A DNA stretch of 64,000 nt, taken from assembly GCF_963853765.1 (NCBI RefSeq), contig NC_088855.1, positions 38,254,001-38,318,000 on the forward strand, read 5' to 3'. The stretch is from Magallana gigas. Taxonomy: Eukaryota. The translations under genes and the position numbers were made by a program. Below the pieces are notes generated by a model that made no database searches, had not been told where the DNA came from, and saw nothing but the letters and a program-made list of their open reading frames with translations. Numbering within the stretch: the first letter of the stretch is position 1; every line of letters begins with the position of its first letter. Below are positions 39,263-55,700 of the stretch, piece after piece.

Positions 39263-39312
39263 GAGAGAGAGAGGGAGAGAGAGAGATAGAGAGAGAGAGG
39301 GAGGAAGGAAGG
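39263..39312. repeat. Imperfect (GA)n / GGAA tract
   Basis: Direct read. Confidence 0.9.
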
Positions 39313-39329
39313 AAAAATATTTGTATATA

Positions 39330-41589
39330 TATAGCAGCTATGATAGACTGAGGATTTGTTCTACATTTACATGTAAGATACATTTAGTACATTGTTTATC
39401 ATTGATGTTAAGTTACATTCTAAAATCTTTTATTGCCCAAATCAGCATTAAAATTGCTAAAAAAAAAATGTCTTAGTTGACAATGAAATATATTTTAATT
39501 TTTTTGTCCATGGTTATATAATTTACTGGATTTTTGCTTTGTATACTTTGCTTAAATTTGGGTATTCTAGTTGAAGATTTTACATTGTCTGGCAAAGTGT
39601 TCCATAACTTGACTGTTGAGGGCAAACAGCTATTTTAGTGTGCAACAGTTCTAGTAATTGGAATGTGAAATTAGTTATCATTGCGTAGGGAATAATTATG
39701 TGAAACTGGTAGACATTGTTCAACCATATCATACAAATATTCAGGTGTATAATTATTAAGTATTTTGTACGTAAAGGTAATTTTCTGTTTTCTTTTCTTC
39801 TAGCACTAAATGTTTCCTACCCTAATTCATTATATACGTTTTTTGAGGATGTGCGTCTGAATCCTTTGATGATGTGCGCAGCCTCAATTTGTAAACATTC
39901 TAATAAATTACTCTTGTGTACAGTTATCCCATACTTCATCACCATATTCTAAAAGAGGTCGGATAAAAGAAAAGTAAACTAACTAAAGACTCCCTGTTTA
40001 GTTTATACCTAAAGGCGCGAAGATTATTTAAAGCTGATATGCTTTATCAAACAATTTTAAGAATATGTTCAGTCCAAAAACCATTTCATGTGAGAGTAAG
40101 TCAGTGGCTTTGTTGTCGACCTTTTTGTGAACAAGATCATTTGTTAAAGATACAGGTCCTATTGCATCGGAGTCTACAATTATCATCGGTAAATAACCGA
40201 ATTGATTTTCAAAATTAACAGTTATATCATTGATATATATCAAAATCAGAAAATAGACCAAATGCAGAGCCTTGGGGAACACCTGCATTCGTATTTTGTT
40301 TGGTAGAAGAGTATCCTTCTAGCAATATATTTTGTTCATGGTCAGAAAGATAATCTCAAATCCAATCTAGTATGCTTCCAAATATGCCATTTTGTTGAGG
40401 TTTGTATAATAGACCCTTATGCCAAACCTTATCAAACGCTTTTGAAATAACACAGAAAATAAACCCAACATCTTTTCCGTTGGTCTAGATTTCTAATGAT
40501 TGTATTACATATTTCTAAAAGTTGATACACAGAAGAATATCTGCGTTGAAATTCTGATTGGTTTTTAGATAAAAGATTATGCTCTAACATGTAGTTGTAG
40601 AGGTATTTAAAAATTATTTTCCCCTGATTTTGCATAGAATACTAGTTAAAGCAATTTGTCTATAGTTTCCTAGCTCGTCGGGACTACCTTTCTATTATAA
40701 ACTGGTGTAATTTTAGAAAGTTTTCACACATGTGTGAGTTGTTTACAAGTCAATGATGCTTTGTACATTTTGGTAAGGGGTCCAGTGATGGAAGGAATAA
40801 TATTCTTAAGTTCCTGGGGTTTAGATGGATTTATTTTTTAAACTGATCTTCTATTTTAAATATGTTCACAGAAAATGGAGGACCAGGTCCTTGAGGAGGT
40901 AATAGGGGTTCTGAACTATCCTCATCTCGTGAGATATTTGCAAAATGTTTGTTGTTGTTTGTTGTCAATCGGGTGTATACTAAATGCTAAATATATGTAA
41001 ATATATGTATACTAAATGCTGTATACTAAATGCTACCATTTGATTTAATTGGTGGGGATTTAGTTTTTTTGTTTTTGTTTTGTTTTTGTTTTGTTTTTTT
41101 TGGTTTTGTTTTGTTTTTGGTGTTTTTTTATGGAGAATTTAGTTATTGATTAAATATTCTAAGCCATTCCCCAGGGGGAATTGCTTTATTCAATATATGC
41201 AAGGTAAATTTTTCTTTGTAATTTTGTTTTGATTTGCGTACCATGCTTAAAACTTCATTACGTATATGTTGATATTTATCCCATTGGTAATCATTGTTTT
41301 TTAAATTTTGCCTTATAGTGTACCCTGTTTCTTTGTCGCATTTTACGTCTAATCTCACTAGTAATGAATGGTTTATCCGACGGTTGAATAGTACCTAATT
41401 TTTTGGAATTTATTGTCAACATAATGATTGTATTCTTTATTAAAATTGTCAAAAACATCATTAATGCTGTGATTATTGGATATCTCCCTATCCCAATCGA
41501 CATCTAATCGTAATTGTTTGAAGCTAGCATTTGCAAACTTCTTATATATCTTTAGTATGAATGTTATTTAAATGTTATAAAATGTAGAT
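39330..41589 (-). mobile_element. Degenerate CR1/L2-group LINE (duplicate of 22430-24611)
   Basis: Colinear with the unit-1 copy; homology stops at 41589. Confidence 0.85.
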
Positions 41590-41960
41590 AACTAGTGGTC
41601 AATAAGTTTGATAAATGAGTTCACTATCACAGTCTTTTCTTTGCCAATTTACACATATTTATTTATTTATTTATATACCAGTATACTGAGCATTTACTTT
41701 GTGTATAAATTCCTGTATATCTGTCACACTTAGCAGATGTCAATGGCAAACGTTGTATCTTTACACAAAGAAAACTTTTGAAATAACATTCTTAGTAAAA
41801 TAAAAAAAACTTAACTTTGTGTCCACCGTGTGTATTTATAGTCAAAGAATCACAATTCCCACATGAAAATTAGATAATTATCCAAAAGCCATATATTTAC
41901 ACTAGAGCTGAGAAAAGAACCTACACTATGTTTGACCTTGACCCACATTTGCCTTGGCCT

Positions 41961-42533
41961 TGGTATTTATCTGGATGTTCGAATCGCCTAGATAGAATTC
42001 ATTGTGATAGAAGTCTTGTCTGAAATGCAGATACATGTATCTAATATCACTCGAGTTGACAGGAACTATAATCACTGACTGCTTCAAAAGCATCATACTT
42101 GTGATTTTACAGTTTGTCTTTTTTCAGTATGTTGCGCGTTATACGTTTACGACCAAACCCATCATTAAATATATTTTCTCTGTTATTGCCATCGCAAATT
42201 TTATGGATTTTTTCATAGTGCTTACTTTAAGTGTCAACGAAAACAAAGATCTCATCTTCGACAGAAACAAGACAGATATAGAAAACTATTAGTATACCAG
42301 ATCATCATCATCTTATTCGGGAGATGAGTGGACCTCATTGGCAATGAAATCTCCGCTGTACACTTGATTCAGGAACTTGTGCTTATCCTTAGTTGCCAGA
42401 ACATAGCAGGATTGTTCAATGATTTTCTTTACGGCGTTTAGGACATGTCCAATGACCATATACTTCGGTATAGTGATACAATAGGTTTCAGTTGGCTATG
42501 GAGCTTATGGAGTTGTACAGCCATGTGTCTTGA
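41961..42533 (+). pseudogene. OTOP-like: Otopetrin-like copy D (degenerate relic)
   Basis: Starts mid-gene (LVFIWMF-like); large internal deletion after TDIEN; stops and indels; ends ...MELMELYSHVS*. Confidence 0.85.
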
Positions 42534-42944
42534 TATACAATTATGCAATTGCTTTTAATTAAAGTTAATGAGTAAAAATTAAATATGTGATTGCGAATGA
42601 ACAATGATAGAGTCTCATTAAAGTCCTACTATTTATATTGAATGTTGACTAAACCAAATAAAAATATATATACGATAAAGAATGTTAAAACGATCAAACG
42701 TCGAATACTAAAAAGGCAGATGGACAAACATAAAACAGTATTGTCCCAATTTTTCAGTGTATCACATATACACATGTGAATTAAATGTCTCGTAATGTAA
42801 TTTTTAGTAATACAGAAAACACGGAAATTTTTGATTTGGTTAAGTTGGATGTTTCTTTAAATAAATACACTTAGATAGGAAGGGGGTTTGATAACATCTA
42901 AGATAAACAGATTAACAGGTGTGAATATAAGACCTCCGATAGAC

Positions 42945-43895
42945 ATGGCCCCTATAAACCCATCAATACTTGCAATATGCTTTGGACTCTGTTCAGTACG
43001 TAATATTTTGTGTCATTAATGTATTTACATCTAATTTCAGGTTGCATGACGTTGTAATTACAAGATATTTCAGGTATGACCACTGGTATACATAACTGTT
43101 CGATCTACCTGTACATCGGACATTAATATTTAACGTATATATTCTGAACTTTCATTGATAATGATAATTGGAAGACAAGAAACAAGATGTATATTGAGCT
43201 GTATTAATATATTCATTTTAACGCATAAAAATATATATTTATAATAATATTTGCGGCATGGTCTTGTGAATACTGAAACATGCTCTGATTCTACTTTTTA
43301 AAAACCATGGCTACAGACATTTGTGATCAAGGACACGGTTGAACCTCGAATGTGTAACCTAGCAACTGACTGCCAGGATAACGAATGCTGTGTTTCTAAC
43401 GTCCGACCGATCGGGAAAAGGCAGACGAGTTTCCATGGTCACTGCATTCCATTAGGAAAAGTCGGGGACGGTATTTGAAGAATATTTAGATTTATTTCGG
43501 TTTAACCGAGTATCACGTGCATGGTTCTATGACCTTCTGAATAATACTGGCAAACAATGACTATAATAGTGAAATTTTCTTTGGAAAATAGACAGATGTA
43601 AAGGCTATTTCTGTTACATACTGAATAACGTGCTGTTTTGCAGGATGTCTTGTGAGGAATGGTAACGCGACCTCCAGACCCACTGAGCTGGTGTTTGCAT
43701 GTCCCTGTACACCGGGTCTATATTGTCATGGAGACCACCACTATGACATACCCTTGGGAGAAATTGGTATCGTATTCTCTTTTGAATTTAATTGAATACA
43801 ATTTTTTTTCTGATTTTTAACTTTACAACAGTTACTATACCTTATCTCAATTTCACATGTTTCTTTTTTATTTAGGTCATTGTGCAAATCCATAG
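42945..43895 (+). CDS. Prokineticin/colipase-fold secreted 10-Cys peptide P6, 115 aa, intact
   Basis: Exons 42945-42995, 43317-43470, 43644-43766 and 43876-43895. MAPINPSILAICFGLCSTFVIKDTVEPRMCNLATDCQDNECCVSNVRPIGKRQTSFHGHCIPLGKVGDGCLVRNGNATSRPTELVFACPCTPGLYCHGDHHYDIPLGEIGHCANP. Exon 1 is the least certain. Confidence 0.8.
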
Positions 43896-44691
43896 ATTAT
43901 GGCTCTGACCCAAGATCCCGGCGTATTTATTATTCCGCAAAATGATATTATTGTTGAAAACAAATACAAATATAAATTAAAAATGGATGACAAGGAAGAG
44001 AAAAGTGCAAAAACTATTTTTCTTTATAAAGAGCTAATGTATGGGTTATGTGTTATTACATAATCCGTACACGATATTTGATATGTACGATCTCCTGACA
44101 ATAGCTTCTATTATTTGCTTAGCTGTAAGCACAAGGTTTACAAATACGAAATATATATACATTACTTTACCAAAAAATAACGAGAGCCTCGGTTACTGCC
44201 TACTCCATGCATTGTTTTGAAAAGATGAACGTATTAAACATATGGTATGATTCGGTGAAATTCAAAACTATAAAATAAAATACTAGTAAGCAAGAAGCAA
44301 AGTGCAGAAAATTTGGAGTAAAAAACCATAATATAGGTAGCCGGAATGGACATGCAGATTCTCTAAACTCATAATTTATAAATTTCCCCAAACTTTGAAG
44401 ACAATTCGTTGTCTAAAAAGTTGGGTTTTTTTTGAAATTCCGAGAATAGTTCGATTTTGTCAGAACAGATCGGCAAAGCGATGTTTTACTGCAAACGAAG
44501 GGAAACTTCTGTCATTTTTTTAGAATTGTCTAATCGTAAAAACAGGATTTTGAAACGAAAAAGAATGTTCAGTTAGAGATCTCCCCTTTCTTCGTCCTTA
44601 CATGGTTTTCATGATAACATTATACACTAAACATGGTATGATAAGGAGTGGTTACAATAAGGCTGAACTAGTTCTAGACCATATTGCCATA

Positions 44692-45676
44692 ATGACGCTG
44701 ACACGCGCTCTCTGGATTTTGTTAGTATGTTATCACGGAGCTGTGCTTTATGTGAGTAACTTTTTACATTTCGACAATGTGGTCCATCGAACGTAAAATA
44801 ACACATACAAAATGTTTCATTGATGAAAACATATTTCCTCATTACTCTTAATTTTCTCTTTCAAAATGTTAAAAAAACATTCTTCCTCGTTTTCCTCATT
44901 AAGACTGATGCAGCAGCGACAAATAAAGGTTGCAACTCGGCAACGGAATGTCTAGACAATGAGTGCTGTGTTTCCATTAACCAACCCATTGGGAGAAGGC
45001 AGCTTCACGGCCATTACAGTGGGCACTGTGTACCCATGGGTATGGACGGGGACGGTAAGTAAAGATTAAGGCTGGATCTCTCTGTATGTTTGCTTTTTTA
45101 GACCAAGGTCTTGTTTCCCTAATGAATTAAGAGAAGTGTTGCTATATAATTTTTTTTCGTTTTCAATTCATTTCCTCTTCCTGAATTAAAAACTAATTTA
45201 AAAGTGCATATAATGCTAAGTGATCGTGCATCACAGTCATCACCATTGTCTGAAAAAATAATGATTTACAAGTCCAGGAAGTAAATAAGAAATTGTGGAA
45301 AGTGTTTAGATCTGGTATTACATGTCCCATAACCAGTTCGAATTATTCGTCGTACAGGTTGTCTAGTCAGAACAGGAAATGCCACTACCCGCCCCCTTGA
45401 CGTGGTGTTATCCTGCCCCTGTACCCCCGGGCTCTACTGCCACGGTGATCATCTTTACGTCGTACCCATGGGAGAGCAAGGTTCTTCAAAATTTGACAGG
45501 GTTAAATAATTAATAAATTTTTTATCGATTTTGAAAAAGGTCTTGAAATAATATTGAACCTTTATCAAATTAATTGACGGAAATCGGAAGATGTAGATAT
45601 TTTTTTTTTTTTATTTTGATAAAAATAATGAATGTTAAATTTTGCGTGTATTGTAGGTCACTGTACCAGTCCTTGA
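44692..45676 (+). CDS. Prokineticin/colipase-fold secreted 10-Cys peptide P7, 117 aa, intact
   Basis: Exons 44692-44751, 44904-45054, 45358-45480 and 45657-45676. MTLTRALWILLVCYHGAVLYTDAAATNKGCNSATECLDNECCVSINQPIGRRQLHGHYSGHCVPMGMDGDGCLVRTGNATTRPLDVVLSCPCTPGLYCHGDHLYVVPMGEQGHCTSP. Confidence 0.88.
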
Positions 45677-46502
45677 TGGAATATGTCAGCTTGTATACTA
45701 CAATGTATTTCAAGATTCTAAGACATATTTTAAAAAAAAATCTTTCGTTATGTTTACTAATTTAATTCAATAGCTCGTGCTTGCTTTTGAAGAAAATAAT
45801 AAAAAGCAATGCAGAGAACCGTGTATCATTTAACCCGAGTTGTAGATCGTTAGCATTTTATCAGGTGATCTCTAAAATCACATGTACTTTAAAACAACTC
45901 TCTACTTTTGCTGAACGACGATAAAATGTCCTTATAGGATGAGTCCAATAGATTTGTTTGTTTGATAGATAAGACAATTCAACGTTTCGGTCCGAGCCAA
46001 TTTATATTAAAATTCAAAACCTAACAACACATCTCATCAATCAAACCTCTCCACAAGGTCACACGCTATGCGGGTCGACATTAAAGAGGTATTAATCCAT
46101 GATCAGTCAATGTCAGTACAAACTAAGGCGGCCATGCTTCAATGCAGTGTCCTGGACGCTTGAACTGACGAGTTGTGCCGTATGCAGGTATTACCAATTG
46201 AAATACAAGTCCACTCATGTGAATATCACATTTTATCGTTGTATGGATAAAGATTATGAAACCAATTTTATTGGATTGGTAACCATATGAGGTATTTCTA
46301 GTATCTAGCACAGACCTCAAAAAGACCAAAAAAACCCAACTTAAGACCGAAACTAAATTTCTTGTGTTTACTTATAAAACTATCATAATACTTCAATTTT
46401 TCATAAAGAAATTAAAGAATTCTAAGAAGTAAGTAAGAAGTAAGACAAGTCTAATTATTAAACATAAGTGAAACTAGTATGCTGAATACAAAGTTGCAGA
46501 CT

Positions 46503-52276
<5,774 letters not shown>

Positions 52277-52753
52277 TTTTGGGGGTTGGGGGTAGACACT
52301 CCAAGCAACTCCAAGATACTCACGAGGTAAAAAACGTGCGACTGACAGACCTGGTACCCGGTTACTAAACCATCTACTCGAATTATAAAATCAAGAAGAA
52401 AAAAGAATCCGCAAACCGACGCAAGATTTTATCTTTCCAGTTTTTGGTAGGTCAATATATGAAACAGTACTACTCAAAGACTGCTGAAAAGTCAAACTTT
52501 AAATCCCCGGAGAATCTTATCTCTCCTGACTAGCCACGCCTTTTCTTAAGATTTTCTCCATTTTAACCTTTACAATAAGGGCTTTTACCTTACAAGAGAA
52601 GATTCCCTTGCGGTTACTTTACTTACCGAGCGACAGGGGAAAGGGTCGCAGATTTACAAACCAAGTGATAAAATTTAAGGAGTAGAGTCTCTGTTCTATG
52701 ATTTTTTAGATATTGAAATGTTACTTTGATTTGGAGAACATCAGTTACGAACC
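52277..52753. promoter_or_regulatory. Putative shared/bidirectional promoter between the two GH1 genes
   Basis: 477 bp separate the divergent ATGs; more GC-rich than flanking introns; a minus-strand donor-like CG|GTAAGT lies at 52627/52626. Inferred, with no TSS data. Confidence 0.55.
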
Positions 52754-55700
52754 ATGTTGCTTGCTGTGACAGGAATAGGACTTTTGATGTCTTTACAATG
52801 TTTAACAAGAGGTAAGGAATTCAAATCTTGATAGAACAATGTGGTTTACTGGCGCAGTATTTTTACTTTGTAGATAGAATTTTAGTTATAAATAGACAAT
52901 GCAAAAAATACCAAATTTCAATTCAAATATAGTTGCCGTAAATCGGTTTCACATACATCAGTTTATGTATTTTTGTTGTTGTATTGTTATCATTGTGCAT
53001 TGAGATGAAAATGTGTGTTTAGAATAAAAACCAGTCTCGTGATGTCGTTAAGAAACGCCTTAATTAATAATTTAAGGGGGCATCCGATTATTCCTACATT
53101 TATTTTTTCTTAATATTTTGACATTTTATAGGAAAGTTACATAACGTTTGGTAGTATATTATTCAGCGCTGAAGTCAAATAAATTTACCAATTGCCTTAG
53201 GCATTGTGTCCCGCTTTATAATGGTGAACAAATTACATATTATGAGACATTTAATTATTGCACAATAATAAGCCCATGCAGAGCAAGTATGCAAGCTATG
53301 CATCTTTATAAAATGCATATTTATAAGACACCTTTTATTAACTTTCAACTTGGAAAAGAAAGGAAGTGAAATGTAATTGAAAAGTAATTTAAAATATAAG
53401 GCATTTTTGGGAATGTATTAAAATACATTCAACTACTTGTAAATGAAGCCATAGTTAATTACAAATTACTTCCAATTACTTTGAAAAATGTAATTAGTTA
53501 CGCTTAATTATAATTACTCTTTTTCATTTACCCCATGATGGCATCCCTGATATGCAGTTTTGCAATTTGACAAGTTGTTGTGGAAAGGGTATCAATGCCA
53601 TCGCTCTGTGTATGCAATTATGTTTAATGTTTGTGTACAGTTGTTTGTGGCAAGATTCTACATGACTGTATATTTGGTGAACAGTGCAAAATGACAGTTG
53701 TTAATAAATTGATATGCAAAATGGTAAAAAAAAAAAAAAAATTGAAAGGCGAAATAAGAAATCAACATAATCTAAAAATAATTCTACTTGGTCAGCTGGT
53801 TCAACGAAGGGTAAGGTCGAATTCTACATCGTACATGTATCAACGATACATACATTCACTTCATCCCGAAGAATGATTATGAAAATTTTAACCCTGTTTA
53901 CCTTTATGACATGTGTTCAAACTGAATATCTAGCTCTGTTTTGTTTATAAATGACTATTACAATTACTCAAACTTTCTGCAGCTCAACTGTTGTCGGACG
54001 GGGGTACGTACTACGGCAAGTTTCCAAGCGACTTTGCGTGGAGCGCGGCGACTGCGGCCTATCAAATCGAGGGGGCGTGGAACGAGGACGGTAGGTCCCC
54101 ATAAGCAATAGTTCTTATGATGTCAAGGTCGTAAATATTTGATTCGTTTATTTCCATGCGATTAAATTCTAACAAATAATTGGTCAATTATTTATCGAAT
54201 AGTTTATAGACTTAACTTTTACCAATTATTCCCTCCATCTTGAATATACAAGTTTATAATCCCATTCCCACCTCAAACATCTTCCAACAATTAACAACAA
54301 TTACAGTAAGCCCTAACAATTGATCTAATATGAAAAAGAGCCATAATAAGGGAATAAAATTACTGTCTCTTCAAAACTGACCTTTTTTCTATCGATATAG
54401 GTAGAGGGCCAAGCATTTGGGACACTTACTCGCACGTCAAGGGAAACATCGAAAACAACGACACGGGAGATATTGCCTGTGACAGTTATCATAATTACAT
54501 GAGCGATGTAGAACTCCTCAAAGAATTAGGGGTAAAGGCATCGTTTTGTATTTCATTGTTCAATTTATTTGAGAAAAGTTTTACCTGGAACAACCTTACA
54601 GATCTATTGTAATTGGGTTTCTTAATAGTTCAGAAAAATTAGTAAGCAGATTTTGTATTTCATAGAAGAAAAGTAATCATAATATAAAAATTTATGAATC
54701 TTATAACATTCCTTACTTTCGTTGAAAGATTGCATACTACATTTGAGCTTATTATTAACTATATACCTTTTTCAGGTTTCCCACTATAGGTTCTCTATAT
54801 CCTGGTCACGTATATACCCCCTGGGGACCACAGAGATGTTGAACCCTCGAGGAGTGGACTACTACCACAGATTGATAGACGCCCTCATAACCAATAACAT
54901 TGAGCCCATGGTTACCCTCTACCACTGGGACCTACCCCAGGCTCTGGAAGATGTCGGCGGGTGGCTAAATGAGTCCACTGTTGACCATTTTCATAACTAT
55001 ACCGATCTCTGTTTTAAGGAATATGGTGATAAGGTTTGGTTTTTTAATGTTTTAAAAGTGTGTTTTTTTAACATAACGAAAGAATACACAATACGTTATA
55101 ATATTTTTGCGAAAATGCATCATAGAAGTGACTCTTTCAACAGGTAAAAATTTGGATAACGTTCAACGAGCCTTGGATAATAGCCTGGAGAGGATATGGT
55201 ACTGGAGACTTTGCGCCCGGTAAAAAGGATAGTCCTGGAACTTATCCGTACATAGCTGGTCATAATCTTATAAAAGCACACGCCAAGACCTACAGATCTT
55301 ACAAAAAGAATTACAGTGCACAAAACGGTATCATAGAGTTAACTATCATCATTTATAACCTAAGTACTGAATTTTATTTATACCGAGTATATTTGTATAG
55401 AAAGTAAAATAAATTGTACAATGTCACTTGCAGGAAAAGTTGGGATCGTGTTAAACATCCATTGGGCACAACCTAAGAACCCGGATGACGCTAGTCACGT
55501 GGAGGCCTCTGAGAGAATGATGCAGTTTGACTTCGGATGGTTTGCCAATCCGTTATTTGTGAACGGTTCCTACCCAGGTGTCATGGTAGACAATGTCGAA
55601 AAGAGGAGTATAGCCCAAGGTTACACAGAATCAAGACTTCCAAAATTCACCCCACAAGAACGGCAAGAGATCAATGGTAATCAGCATGTTCGCAATATAG

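Larger units (their letters stand above)
24990..41589 (+). repeat. Segmental tandem duplication, unit 2
   Basis: Paralogous to 3570-24611. Lacks 3881-6096 and the unit-1 insertions; keeps LINE sequence 26375-26770 that unit 1 lacks. Confidence 0.9.

Noticed and set aside
42926-42930. TATAA upstream of P6 as a TATA box
   Set aside because: Only ~15 nt from the ATG, too close to place the TSS before the start codon.
53370-53550. GTAATT/AATTAC-rich tract ending GGCATCCCTG (MITE end-like)
   Set aside because: The matching opposite terminus was not found, so it cannot be delimited or classified.
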